Origin: a virus
Virus record (IMG/VR): IMGVR_UViG_3300023179_000012
Direction: 5' to 3' (one strand)
Length of the DNA stretch: 64,000 nt
How positions within the stretch are numbered: the stretch's first letter is position 1; each line of letters starts with the position of its first letter. The position numbers and the translations under genes were made by a program. The notes below the pieces were generated by a model. That model saw only the letters and a list, made by a program, of their open reading frames with translations. It had not been told where the DNA came from and ran no database searches. This document shows, piece after piece, positions 46,601 through 53,315 of this stretch.

Positions 46601-49600
46601 ATCCTAGAGTAATTGGATCCAGATTAGATGCTTTAGATCAAGAAAAAATTAGATTACAAAATGAGATCGAAGCGGCAAGAGGTAGTAGAAGAGCTGGTAA
46701 TCTTGGGGTCGGCATTAGTAAAGATGCTGGTGGTGATCTTAAGGCGCTTCAAACAAGATTAGCATTAGTTACTAGCGAAAGCGATAGATTAAACGGCGCA
46801 TTAAAAAGTTTAGCTGATAGCACTCAAAAAGCTTCGCTAATTCTTAATAAAATTCAAGAACTACAAAAAGTCAAAGAAGGTAAAGAAACAAATTTCCTTG
46901 GATTGCTCAAGAGCTTCTCTAATCCTGAAGAAATGATGCGTTCTGCTGAAAAAACTGCATCGCTGGCAGCGTTCAAGTCAGAGGGCGCTGGTGGACAGCC
47001 AGGACCAATAGGCGATCTTGCTACGGCAGTAAGACTGCTTCCACAAGCACTAGAAGCTATGGAAACTGCTACTAGTCAAATGACAGAGAGTGATAAGCAG
47101 GCATTTAGAGGAGATACTATCAAATCAATACTAAGTGTATTTGATAGAATTGCGCCAGATATTGGGGCACAATTAAGAGGATTATTTAGTAATCAAGCTA
47201 GCTCAGGAGCGTTTGGTATTGGACAAGATCCAAGAACAGCAGATTTAATTCAACAATTCTTAGCAGAACAAGGAGTTAGAGGAGCAGCAGCTGCTGAAAT
47301 TGAAAGAAGAATGGCTCAAGGAGCTGCCGATATTCAGAATGGCATGAATGCTGCGTCTCAAGATTTTCAAGCTGGAGTAAGAGAATCTGTACTATTAGAA
47401 GAAAAATTAAGAGCAGAAATTGCGCAAGCGGAGAAAAGAAGTAGAGAAGAAGCTCAAAGAATGGCAACCATACAAAGTTTGGGTGTTGTAAATTCTACTG
47501 GAAATGTTAATGCAACAGGACCTGTTACTATTGGTGTTGTTAATGTGCCAAATATGCCGGGTCCAAGACCACTCAATCCAAGATTCGGAGCACAACCCGC
47601 TGAGACTAATTCTAGAGGTGGAATGGTATATGCTAGCGATGGACAACATATTAACTTCAAACCAAAAGGTACCGATACAGTACCAGCGATGCTTACTCCG
47701 GGAGAGTTTGTGGTAAATGCTAAATCGACTAAACAAAATCTTGGATTATTAAAGACCATCAATAGTGGGTCTAAAGGATATAAATCTGGTGGAATAGTAT
47801 ACTTGGAAGAAGGTGGACAAGCTGAAGATCGCATTATACAAGGAGCTACTAGAAGTGGTCCCATAAGTTTCTATAATAAAGTATTAGGACAAGATCCAAG
47901 CACACAAGTTATGAATGGTAATACTGGGCCATATAATCTTAGTATGCGTCCTAGAGATAAATATGCTATTGGTTGGGGTGAAGATATTATTGATCCTGAT
48001 AGTATTCTTGGACTTAATATGAAATATGAACCCGATTTTGGAAATGATGCAGAAGTTAAAAAGCACTGGAAAGATAAACTCAAAATAGCTCGCTCATTAA
48101 TAAATTCTCGATTAAAATCGGGACAAAGTGTTGAAGGCGAACCATTATTACCAATAAATACTTCTTCATTTGATAAACGCTTAGATGAAGTACCAAGTAT
48201 AGCCAGCTCTATGGATAAGGCTATCGGATATAAATATTTACAATCAATAAATCAATTTAGATTAAGTCCATCAGAAATGATTGATGCAGAAAAAATTAAT
48301 GCTAAAAATAGTAGAGACTGGGCATGGACGGAAGGAAGAGACTGGGTTGATTATCTGGGTATACCAACAAATTCTGAATCACTTGCTGCTTGGACATACG
48401 GATTAACTAGTAAGATTATTCCTGGTATTCTTGGGGTTATTGGGGGTGGTATTGGATTTGCTGCTGGGGCACCACTAGGTCCTGGAGCCATATTAACTGG
48501 TGCTGGTGGTGGTATTGCAGGAGCTAAATTAGGTGAAGAAATAAATCAAGTTTTATATGATAATCTATTACCCAGTTGGTTAAAAACCGATATAGAAAAT
48601 AAACAAAAACAATTTCCAAAAGAATATGAGGGTGGTAAATGGGTAGGCTTTGCTAGCGAATTGGGTGGAGGAGCTGTTTATGGTAGAGTTATAGAACAAA
48701 CTACTAAAAGAGCAATTGCCGCAACACTAATGAAAGGCGGAAATATAGGAACGAGAGCTGCAACTGGAACAATTGTTCCAGAATCTTTTGGAGGCCACTC
48801 ATATCTAGGTATGACAGAAGAAGAGTTCAAACAAGGCGTAGCTAGATTAAAAGCTATGACAGAACAAAGTATAAATGATGGTACGCAGGCATCTACTAAA
48901 GTAAAAGCTATTCATGGTGGAGGCGTGGGATATATAGAAGAACAAGCCCAAAAAGCTAAGACCACAATGGGTGAAGCTGTTGATACTGCTCGTAATGTTA
49001 GATACGTATACGGTCCCGGTGGAGACCCATATAGACCAGGACAAGTAGGAATGGGTGGATTTAATCTTGGAGTGAACAGTGCTTTAGATCAAATGATCTA
49101 CACCAAAGAAAGTTATGATGAAGCTATAAAAGCTTTTATTAGTGGAAAAATGAAGCCAGAAGCCCTAAGATCTGTATTAAATAAATCTGGTTTTATGATA
49201 ACAGATCTAGAAACAGCCATGCTAGACGACTCTCTTGTTAAATTAATGGATAATGTTAGAGTAGAAAAACCAGAACTTTTTGAAAAAATATTAGGAAAGT
49301 TGAAAGATGACGGTTACTCAGACGTTTTTTCAACATTAACTGATGGCACAGAAAGAAAATGGTACGACACTCTTAATATACTGAGAGATAAATTTAAAAG
49401 CTTATCATTAGGAGATGACGCATTAGCAGAAAAGGCTTTCCAAGATTTTGCACAAAGCGTTGGAATCAAAGGAACTAGAGCACAGGCAAGTGTTATTAGA
49501 GGAGGTAAAGTTCCTGGGTGGTTAGGGGAATGGCTACCTCCAGGACAAGCTGAATTAACTGGAGATAGTGTTGCATTATTAACAAATAAAGTTTTAGGAG

Positions 49601-50475
49601 ATGCTAAAGCTGTTAAATTAAATGAAGTAACTAAATTTGAGGCAGAATTCAGAAGATTATTAAGTCTAAAGAATTGGGGTAATGAGGTGCTCTCAGATGC
49701 AGAAAGACGAGCTTTAGAAAAGGGATATAATGAAATTACAGGTGAAGGTGAAAAAGACCCTCATAACTTAGCAAACGGAGGTTTAATATATGCGAGCAAT
49801 GGTCAGTATGTGAACTTTAAGCCAAAAGGCACCGATACTGTTCCTGCTATGCTAACGCCAGGAGAGTTTGTGGTTAATAGAAAAGCTACTCAAAATAATC
49901 TTGGATTATTAAAGAGTATAAATAGTGGCCATTACAATAAGGGCGGCAGAGTATCTTATCTACAGAATGGCGGAATGGCCAATAGCTCTGGCTCTATTAT
50001 GAATGCTTTAAGCGGTGTATCTTTAAGTGTGGATTCTTCGTCTCTGAATAGTGCTTTTAGCACATTCCAAGAGCATGTTCAGAGTATGAAAGCTTCTTTG
50101 GATTCTTTTGGCGCAACTATTGGAGATATGAAAAATGGCCTATTTGACACTAAGAGTCTAAATGATGCTGGTATCAGGCTATCAACAGCAGCAGCATCAA
50201 TTAGAAATGCTAGTGATAATTTTGCTAATAATATTTTACAACTTAATAAAACACTATCAGGTTTAGAGACTAGTATAAATGCTATACCATCAGAAATATC
50301 GCTTAATGTTACAGGAGGAATTCCAGTGAATGTTACTGTAGATGTTAATGGTGGTGAAGGATTAGATAATAGGCTATCATCATTCAAAGACGAGATCTAT
50401 TCCGCAATAGAAAATAGCATAAGCGCAGCAACCCAAGGCAATCTTAAGATTGTTTTAAAGAGAAACATAAGGTAA
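34651..50475 (+). CDS. Giant tape measure protein (5274 aa) with inserted enzyme-like domains
   Basis: N-terminal TMP core (SEFIKFDRQLV...STTFGVSSGDLAE...LAQAG...FRQIG) at the canonical position; five DTVPA(M/L)L(T/Q)PGEFV modules; SNase, ART, P-loop, HIGH-NTase, HAD, HExxH and GNAT-like motifs. Confidence 0.9.
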   Translation: MAAFNLTAEINLRGPSNIRKVVGDIKRELGNIESQVTLKISNKAAQNINNITNSVNILNDALLRAQATAGNLSSTLSSLGVSTGNVSSSLKSISSGTAELTSSAQTVAKATSEASSEMAEFGRQSALAVRRFAAFSVGTASIYGLTRAISSSFSEFIKFDRQLVRLKQTTGDFSSDIDSISNEISRLSTTFGVSSGDLAEVSVTLAQAGLSAVQTKDALEALAKTALSPSFENIQDTAEGAIAAMRQFNISTKELDSALSSINAVAAAFAVESSDIIAAIQRTGGVFASSSRGVSEGKDALNEFIAVFTSVRATTRESAETIATGLRTIFTRIQRPKTIEALREYGIELTDLKGKFVGGFEAIKRISEGLTGLDTRDISFAKIVEELGGFRQIGKVIPLIQEFGTAQQAYNVAVQGQGSLTRNAIQAQDALAVQFSKTKQEFDALIRSVGDTGTFKNIISGGLGLTRVLINLVGAFKPLLPYLAIIGGLKAGAALTEYAGGFLGGLKKNQKGSAPPEDLLGPLGGGGNRPKRPSSGDTMDTSALEAFLSDNSTALNNVTNSLAALSKTISDGALASSSVDLTSISSLIGGLGDQIGELNSSLLTSGDIFKSSAEQISTSVISMSSIMTGVGDIYKASTDNVSTNLLTLSGAIQELSNKLSGTTPPNENSGPSEGPTMKSGGGVIRKFARGGYVPGSGNRDTVPAMLQPGEFVIRKKAVDTIGANQLHSMNKYGRGGIASKFRSGGKIQKFKQGGGVADVQFTEGYDGDSFHVNFTPAASPYETLTRLEGADAYEIKGAATRKGYDANEIAKGKQAAEITTRWAQTAGKDKLLKSFKDSNKYDNLGRPMFKSDELVGLLKGAGVLDPESKWNQKSLGGLIQKFARGGKAKKTEDSPPVRPPLNLPDIIPGTTPELEIAIADAKKRNSTYALTDRRDNIKSRLTQAYRGIIFPGLKPSTEKITDDTIISLYSEETSGYIKRSIKSLEADLKYIDMATKKPEQLKATKTRSISDMLDAIRAYQAFGLDSTLNEAAANNTLDAKLGSILTEEDKKRYAAIADKPLSFFAESLDDSMQFSMPKTLYAGLGQSKQKLLLDSAGIKINEEKDIQKLVGKTVSMPSFLSSSELESVGLSFSRTGLMKIATNPKRKGLNVNLAKEQTVNRDDMATRSSKNRLIDNESAFFSEDFADDMDIESEYIFPRNSKFKVLKTESSIWNRNKPPEDPWAINWDVQELAQGGKIQRKVGYIDYDVIANEANAAVVDAGMKQAGVSGPRLYADYLTDLAVKARKEESLDKLRAIYGVAGSGKTTLARGAGTDIGTMRQTERFPILSPEDIQKATEVLILTSTVSKDKLEGFLREVDRAYTLSSTTPEEQQRILSQRSSRDITGIGLEGRQPGATTGVGTDTAIGEALLGDALGKKSVVLGRTGTGRLRAKNKNELVDVIKKKIGFTWGGFAPTTRGHESIVDAAAAYGIPPEDFIALVGSNEGIRNTDPSSYRTAILDQDARVLLAKAGFGAKGATVLPKPRDFEVPQGFDISEGGRRRVLLPGAGSATFVADKGESDTAKYKAAGYNVVNIPRTEGISGTMVRDLIASGDMGRLQQVLSPGVYEMISNNIGRLQNRAGILPELIQQAKANEAASLQSVEEQIKAVGISRIDKKRAENDPEYAAQVEVLQQLRKHRDRIKNAAQFEPYRLLDRLAQAQPDKYALDFATRAATAAPKLGTMAGVEAMPQQSAQEKLIEEVTALGRVAGIKKLLDLPKADRSLDSLLRIDRIKTYQPDSPELQQAMDVVQKALNAQGTSSAAEQQRIAGLTKVGVVGLLDDSGQLGYSKNFEWDLDSGNKVYAYARGVSQRYEPAVRQMQAESAASAVKFAENMQYADIFTGEPLAFDFDETLVKGADILGPNGKPDIPRYGDLDAVAESLKGASLTSLGEKLRDLLRVNPDFKKNTRILTARPQQSAGLLAQSLQGFGLPYQSSDITGVSNFTGGNTLDIVDPNTQRLNSTRIATAKAQNLGALEKLIDDNLDNVMAAKKAGKKAYLYTEPAPKPELDLLMGQGAIEGAIVEKALALLGANLPPIEQLEQNRAIDFPGGLGRAAQFFDIDPNIPTEVKRTLNGSSFEKAREEFARMYSEQMVGLSGGGIIQKFRNGGQAEYIEKYKQILKSILPPEFLSDQGFLKTPSGRSEPIEIIPPTDVRQSSMEKMMSVLLGKPQKEKGGASYSGGLVYKILRDNLYQAKDKISPDEYNTLRSFVDQNLLFHGEDDIIDLEEQKRPGSFAHETFHDIQGYLLDYYPEIYKRLQGGVEGQRKNIEAWYSDPKTAQWRTARDYQLTHLFPSSYEESPYKSTAGAIVGAGYKKFKRFSPSIEDIAKQTQMDLGRAETIPVLMAAAAEGESSSQQILSQIFGSAGLNRDFYKSLPKFADGGVATLDQMSDKGLAKKSKEFGKIGLRNTGSEITATYFKNANREGMVTAKRFADNLFTVGLSKATGGYGPRLYDAVMEAATASGGMLTSDRNQVSDAAKAVWAYYFQNRGDVKKTPLDPSQWTKNQNYVDPKLYGKKETWPPFSDPAWILQTGYSKAPDLINSPDIIDMNDPKYADYIRQQQLGYMTSAVLAGNMRHSGGSIRKFAKGGTSEDTVPALLTPGEFVINKKAAQRIGYGQLNRLNKADKLQGFNKGGSVGITRFAAGGKAPGDQAAAVDVFVQKIVELTSAIESQTYKVRRSEGMTAQEAKKEADTEAQFAAIDFGRMQTYIDPANAKIIAEAVGRVLDSIVGKMSPFSEGGPRKPGYFDRPPVEKAPIPEPKQDYTGQRLTTGNFDPNDIVTPARIVEKFTLEAEAAGMTLDKLTDRIKKFTADTAIAYKQTVTKQQKSAGAAISTATDVRSDESIKRAQSEVTNLFQAFDSNIPEERMGQIMNQLESGIKSGMNFDQIKSSIPELDSIIREVIDNHKALAYATSETVKKFGTLTEQMKVSENLIKGVESGRWSGKSMTDIERLQTSSEKNIDWEKFGGNRFPGFDKLNQQSPELAANIGRWVEKLGGFVGVMGAQMLVFAKGLPSIYTGLDNLLKTSLSTNASMKGLANGIAEAGGAAKGFALLAQQAGLDAKGTAIAGGTGLVLGGIQGAFEGYFKQEAQNFAEALAATTDRLKTLYDQLKLPGIDAQTTEDIRSQIDDEIGRLSKEIGNINEITTPDWSTLFYNVAASIKDGIIAGLTFKAGIASFKSSGGVVGYYDDGGSIFKPKGTDTVPAMLTPGEFVVNKKSTAKNQGLLESINSGNYKARGGVVYAAGGGVTEEEQKYSKGFTRFMGALKALSGALEAASGTGLLVASGAGTVLSGGGAAPVSVPGMVAGGAVAAHGGDRFIAGMRQLFTGEQKRSITSQGLDYVTGDKGTSDVADEVLGVVGGVGSQIATKALEKAATTAVTTAAEQAAKSAVTNLPGSGTQVVGAGTTAAAATDAAAAATDAATTAANTATVGSIVKSIITKIGIGAAITGGFSMIASFMGRSPYSEKEQKAVTKIADLQEQYFKKAAETLVPLQGFEKAFNIVRGAKGLTGDARNQYFAGVSPVTEAATRTALTNQGFDIKNNQSIQDFVGSLDQASQANATAVVEQAKIDQIKNTLVADEIQRATANGDSREDAVARASKLIAPLQEFGTVAEAQAAALSDTDLAALLKRAMDVQGIQAQSIYMQYVMGQLSNRIQQSTDLTIVAMKRFEEGITKLSDKASNLSQVLIPNLVGNKMGGPTPTLKIDRSALITLNNLATASNEQIASAVEQVGSQMGMSSVGTQNFTRQFQAQRIVEQRLPQILAEISDSLSGAGDNEEPRKTAEDRLRTELKPLISNVMTPEETNATIDQLVKALQADNREQGGISRYTKDIPALQAVIKGAFESAGAFKRAGVKIADFGDTFYQIGNQYAEALTHLNELSTNYAKTLAESTISLKQALGESVSVDEGSRPFENMILGRTFGTAIPESDNPLLRQNRRGTTDPRVIGSRLDALDQEKIRLQNEIEAARGSRRAGNLGVGISKDAGGDLKALQTRLALVTSESDRLNGALKSLADSTQKASLILNKIQELQKVKEGKETNFLGLLKSFSNPEEMMRSAEKTASLAAFKSEGAGGQPGPIGDLATAVRLLPQALEAMETATSQMTESDKQAFRGDTIKSILSVFDRIAPDIGAQLRGLFSNQASSGAFGIGQDPRTADLIQQFLAEQGVRGAAAAEIERRMAQGAADIQNGMNAASQDFQAGVRESVLLEEKLRAEIAQAEKRSREEAQRMATIQSLGVVNSTGNVNATGPVTIGVVNVPNMPGPRPLNPRFGAQPAETNSRGGMVYASDGQHINFKPKGTDTVPAMLTPGEFVVNAKSTKQNLGLLKTINSGSKGYKSGGIVYLEEGGQAEDRIIQGATRSGPISFYNKVLGQDPSTQVMNGNTGPYNLSMRPRDKYAIGWGEDIIDPDSILGLNMKYEPDFGNDAEVKKHWKDKLKIARSLINSRLKSGQSVEGEPLLPINTSSFDKRLDEVPSIASSMDKAIGYKYLQSINQFRLSPSEMIDAEKINAKNSRDWAWTEGRDWVDYLGIPTNSESLAAWTYGLTSKIIPGILGVIGGGIGFAAGAPLGPGAILTGAGGGIAGAKLGEEINQVLYDNLLPSWLKTDIENKQKQFPKEYEGGKWVGFASELGGGAVYGRVIEQTTKRAIAATLMKGGNIGTRAATGTIVPESFGGHSYLGMTEEEFKQGVARLKAMTEQSINDGTQASTKVKAIHGGGVGYIEEQAQKAKTTMGEAVDTARNVRYVYGPGGDPYRPGQVGMGGFNLGVNSALDQMIYTKESYDEAIKAFISGKMKPEALRSVLNKSGFMITDLETAMLDDSLVKLMDNVRVEKPELFEKILGKLKDDGYSDVFSTLTDGTERKWYDTLNILRDKFKSLSLGDDALAEKAFQDFAQSVGIKGTRAQASVIRGGKVPGWLGEWLPPGQAELTGDSVALLTNKVLGDAKAVKLNEVTKFEAEFRRLLSLKNWGNEVLSDAERRALEKGYNEITGEGEKDPHNLANGGLIYASNGQYVNFKPKGTDTVPAMLTPGEFVVNRKATQNNLGLLKSINSGHYNKGGRVSYLQNGGMANSSGSIMNALSGVSLSVDSSSLNSAFSTFQEHVQSMKASLDSFGATIGDMKNGLFDTKSLNDAGIRLSTAAASIRNASDNFANNILQLNKTLSGLETSINAIPSEISLNVTGGIPVNVTVDVNGGEGLDNRLSSFKDEIYSAIENSISAATQGNLKIVLKRNIR

Positions 50476-50496
50476 AAATTAAATAAGGAATTATCA

Positions 50497-53286
50497 ATGA
50501 GTATTAAATATTTTGCAAATAGAGTAAAAGAAACTTCCACAACAACTGGTACTGGCAATTTTGTACTAGGCGGATCTGTTTCTGGATTTAAGACCTTTGT
50601 TAGCGCTATAGGATCAGACAAAAAATTAACCTACTATATTTACAGATTAGATACTAATACTGAATGGGAAATAGGTGTTGGTTATATACAAATTAGTGGT
50701 GGATTAAATATTCTTGTGAGAGAACAAGTTGTCTCATCGAGTAATTCTAATAACTTTGTATCTTTTGGTAGTGGAACCAAATTTCTTGAAACAATTATTA
50801 GCGAAGACAGAATTAATACATCATTATTAAATGTTGTAGAAAAATCTGGAAATTTTACCCCCGAATATATGCCAGCGATCTATGTTATTGATGCGTCGGT
50901 CTCTGGTGTGCAAGTTACATTACCATCTGTGGTTAGTAAAACAGATCCTATTAGTATAGGATTTTTACTTAGTAGAACTAGTGGTAATGTTTACAGTCAA
51001 CCCAATGCTGTATTATTAACACCAAGCGGTACCGAAACTATCAATAGTACTGGTACTTATAATTTATCTATAAGAAATGACTATATCGAGATTATGTCCG
51101 TACCATCTAAAAGTGGATGGTTAACTCTTGATCCAATACAGGATGCGACCAATCCTTATGGTGACAATGGATCTATTCAAATTAAATACGATAGTTCATT
51201 TAGTGGTATCAATAAATTTAATTGGGATTTTAATAATTCCGCATTATTAATTGGTGGCACTGGAAATATTTCAACAGCATCTGTTATTATTCCAACAAAT
51301 TCTGGTAGCACAATTGTTTTCAATGAACAATCACACCCAAATAGTTTTAGAGTTGAAGGAAGCGGAAATACTCATTTATTGTATGTTAATGGGGCTTCCA
51401 ATAAGGTTAGTATTAATACATCAAGCGCAAATGATAGCTTAATAATTAATAGTCAATATGGAAATGGTATAACAGTATATAGAAGTGGTGTTGGCCCCAA
51501 ATTAGTTTTAGGTAATACATCTGTAAGTGGATTAGCCACTGGTGGAGTCGTTGGTACAATAGTATTCTCTGGACTAAATGCTTCTGGTAATAATGTTGAC
51601 TATGGTAAAATTTACTCTAAAGTATTAGATACTTCTGATAGTTCAGAATTTTCTAGTATAGTTATGGAAATTATAAAAAATGGCAGTCTAGAAGAAGCTA
51701 TCAGTTTAACTTCTAGTGGTGTTTCTTTAGGCTTTAATAATACTAATCTAGACGGCATTGTTATTGGTGAAATATCTCAAAATGATGGTACCAATGTTGT
51801 TATCGGATATTATCATAACATATGTGGTGAGAACTGTATAGCCATAGGAAATAATTCCACATTAGCTTCTGGAACTTACGGAGGTACTATAGGCAGTTAT
51901 CACTCCTCTTCTGGTAATAATATTTGGATCATCGGTGGATCAGGGGTCAACACTAGTGGCAATAATCAAACACTATTAGCATTAAATAACAATAACTATA
52001 TTAAAGTTGCTGATTCTGGCGGGTTGAGCCACACAACATTCACCAGCGGCAATTCCGTATTCACCCTGCATAATCTATATGCACAATCTGGAACTAATAA
52101 TCAGTATTTTGTGTTTAAGTTTAATAATTCTGTAGATACAGCAAAAAGTGGAGTATTATTAGGTTCAAGAATATTAAATAGCACTAGCGGTTCAGAAAGA
52201 ACCAGACTATTTTCTCAGGTATTAACAAGTAGTGGACTAGTAGATATTTTAGCGCTAGATTCTCAAAATCTTAATATTGGTAATAGTAGCATCAGTGGAA
52301 ATAATATAGTCTATGGTCTTAATCATTCTGTTAGAGGAGTTAATAATAGTATATTTGGTAGTGGAATAAGTACTAGTGGTAATAATAATGTGCTTGTTGG
52401 TTACAATATCTCTATTCCTTCTGGAAGCAACTCTAGTATTTTTGGCACAACCAATGTTTGTGAGAATTCTGGTAATATTGGTATAACTATCTTTGGTGCG
52501 CAAAATGGTGCTGCCGAAGATTATACAACTGTGTTCGGTTACGCTAATTATGCTAGCGGACTGTACGCTTCTGCAATAGGTTACAATAATGGATCACATG
52601 GTGAATATTCTGTTGGAGTTGGAGCAGGAAATCTAATTCTTACTGACGCTGGTGTTTCTGTTGGTAATTCTAACACCCTAACTGCTCTTTCTATAGATTC
52701 TGCTGCTGTTGCTGTGGGAGCGAGTAATACTATCTCCACATATGGTACGGGTGTAGCTTTTGGATATTATAATAATGTATATGGTACTGGTGGATTTGTA
52801 CTTGGTAATAATATAGTATCTACTGGTAATAATAATACTATTTTAGGCAGTAATGTAAAGGTCACTGGCAATAATAATATTGTACTATCTCATAGCGCTA
52901 ATGCGTCTTTTAGTGGTAATAATCGTATTAGTTTATATGTGGATAGCAATAACTATATACAAGTCTCTAGTACAGGAACAATAATTAGAAGTACGTCTTT
53001 GGCAAGTTCCGGAACCTTTGTAACACCATTATATTTGACAGAACCAGATTCTGAGTATAAGTTCCTGTATCCAACAGGAGCAAGTTTTGTTTATCTACCT
53101 AACGGTACAGGGCTATATCTTGGTAAAAAATTCACTATAGCTAATATGGATTCCACATATAGTATAGTGGTTAGAAAATCTGGTTCAATCTCTAATATAG
53201 AAACGATTTTAGCTGGAAGAAATATGACTATAGTTCATGCTGGAAATAACAACTGGGTAAGAATTGTAAGTTCTGGCACTAATTAA
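50497..53286 (+). CDS. Tail fibre/adhesin-like protein, 929 aa
   Basis: FANRVKETSTTTGTG...EWEIGVG N-terminus typical of fibres; Asn/Gly/Ser-rich beta-roll repeats (AIGYNN, GVGAGN, VAFGYYNN). Confidence 0.75.
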   Translation: MSIKYFANRVKETSTTTGTGNFVLGGSVSGFKTFVSAIGSDKKLTYYIYRLDTNTEWEIGVGYIQISGGLNILVREQVVSSSNSNNFVSFGSGTKFLETIISEDRINTSLLNVVEKSGNFTPEYMPAIYVIDASVSGVQVTLPSVVSKTDPISIGFLLSRTSGNVYSQPNAVLLTPSGTETINSTGTYNLSIRNDYIEIMSVPSKSGWLTLDPIQDATNPYGDNGSIQIKYDSSFSGINKFNWDFNNSALLIGGTGNISTASVIIPTNSGSTIVFNEQSHPNSFRVEGSGNTHLLYVNGASNKVSINTSSANDSLIINSQYGNGITVYRSGVGPKLVLGNTSVSGLATGGVVGTIVFSGLNASGNNVDYGKIYSKVLDTSDSSEFSSIVMEIIKNGSLEEAISLTSSGVSLGFNNTNLDGIVIGEISQNDGTNVVIGYYHNICGENCIAIGNNSTLASGTYGGTIGSYHSSSGNNIWIIGGSGVNTSGNNQTLLALNNNNYIKVADSGGLSHTTFTSGNSVFTLHNLYAQSGTNNQYFVFKFNNSVDTAKSGVLLGSRILNSTSGSERTRLFSQVLTSSGLVDILALDSQNLNIGNSSISGNNIVYGLNHSVRGVNNSIFGSGISTSGNNNVLVGYNISIPSGSNSSIFGTTNVCENSGNIGITIFGAQNGAAEDYTTVFGYANYASGLYASAIGYNNGSHGEYSVGVGAGNLILTDAGVSVGNSNTLTALSIDSAAVAVGASNTISTYGTGVAFGYYNNVYGTGGFVLGNNIVSTGNNNTILGSNVKVTGNNNIVLSHSANASFSGNNRISLYVDSNNYIQVSSTGTIIRSTSLASSGTFVTPLYLTEPDSEYKFLYPTGASFVYLPNGTGLYLGKKFTIANMDSTYSIVVRKSGSISNIETILAGRNMTIVHAGNNNWVRIVSSGTN

Positions 53287-53315
53287 ATTTTAGTTTAGAG
53301 AAGAGGATCCAGGAC

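Noticed and set aside
34596-50621. Minus-strand ORFs antisense to the TMP (e.g. 34596-35216, 37575-38285)
   Set aside because: Expected antisense open frames in a long biased gene; no motifs or start signals
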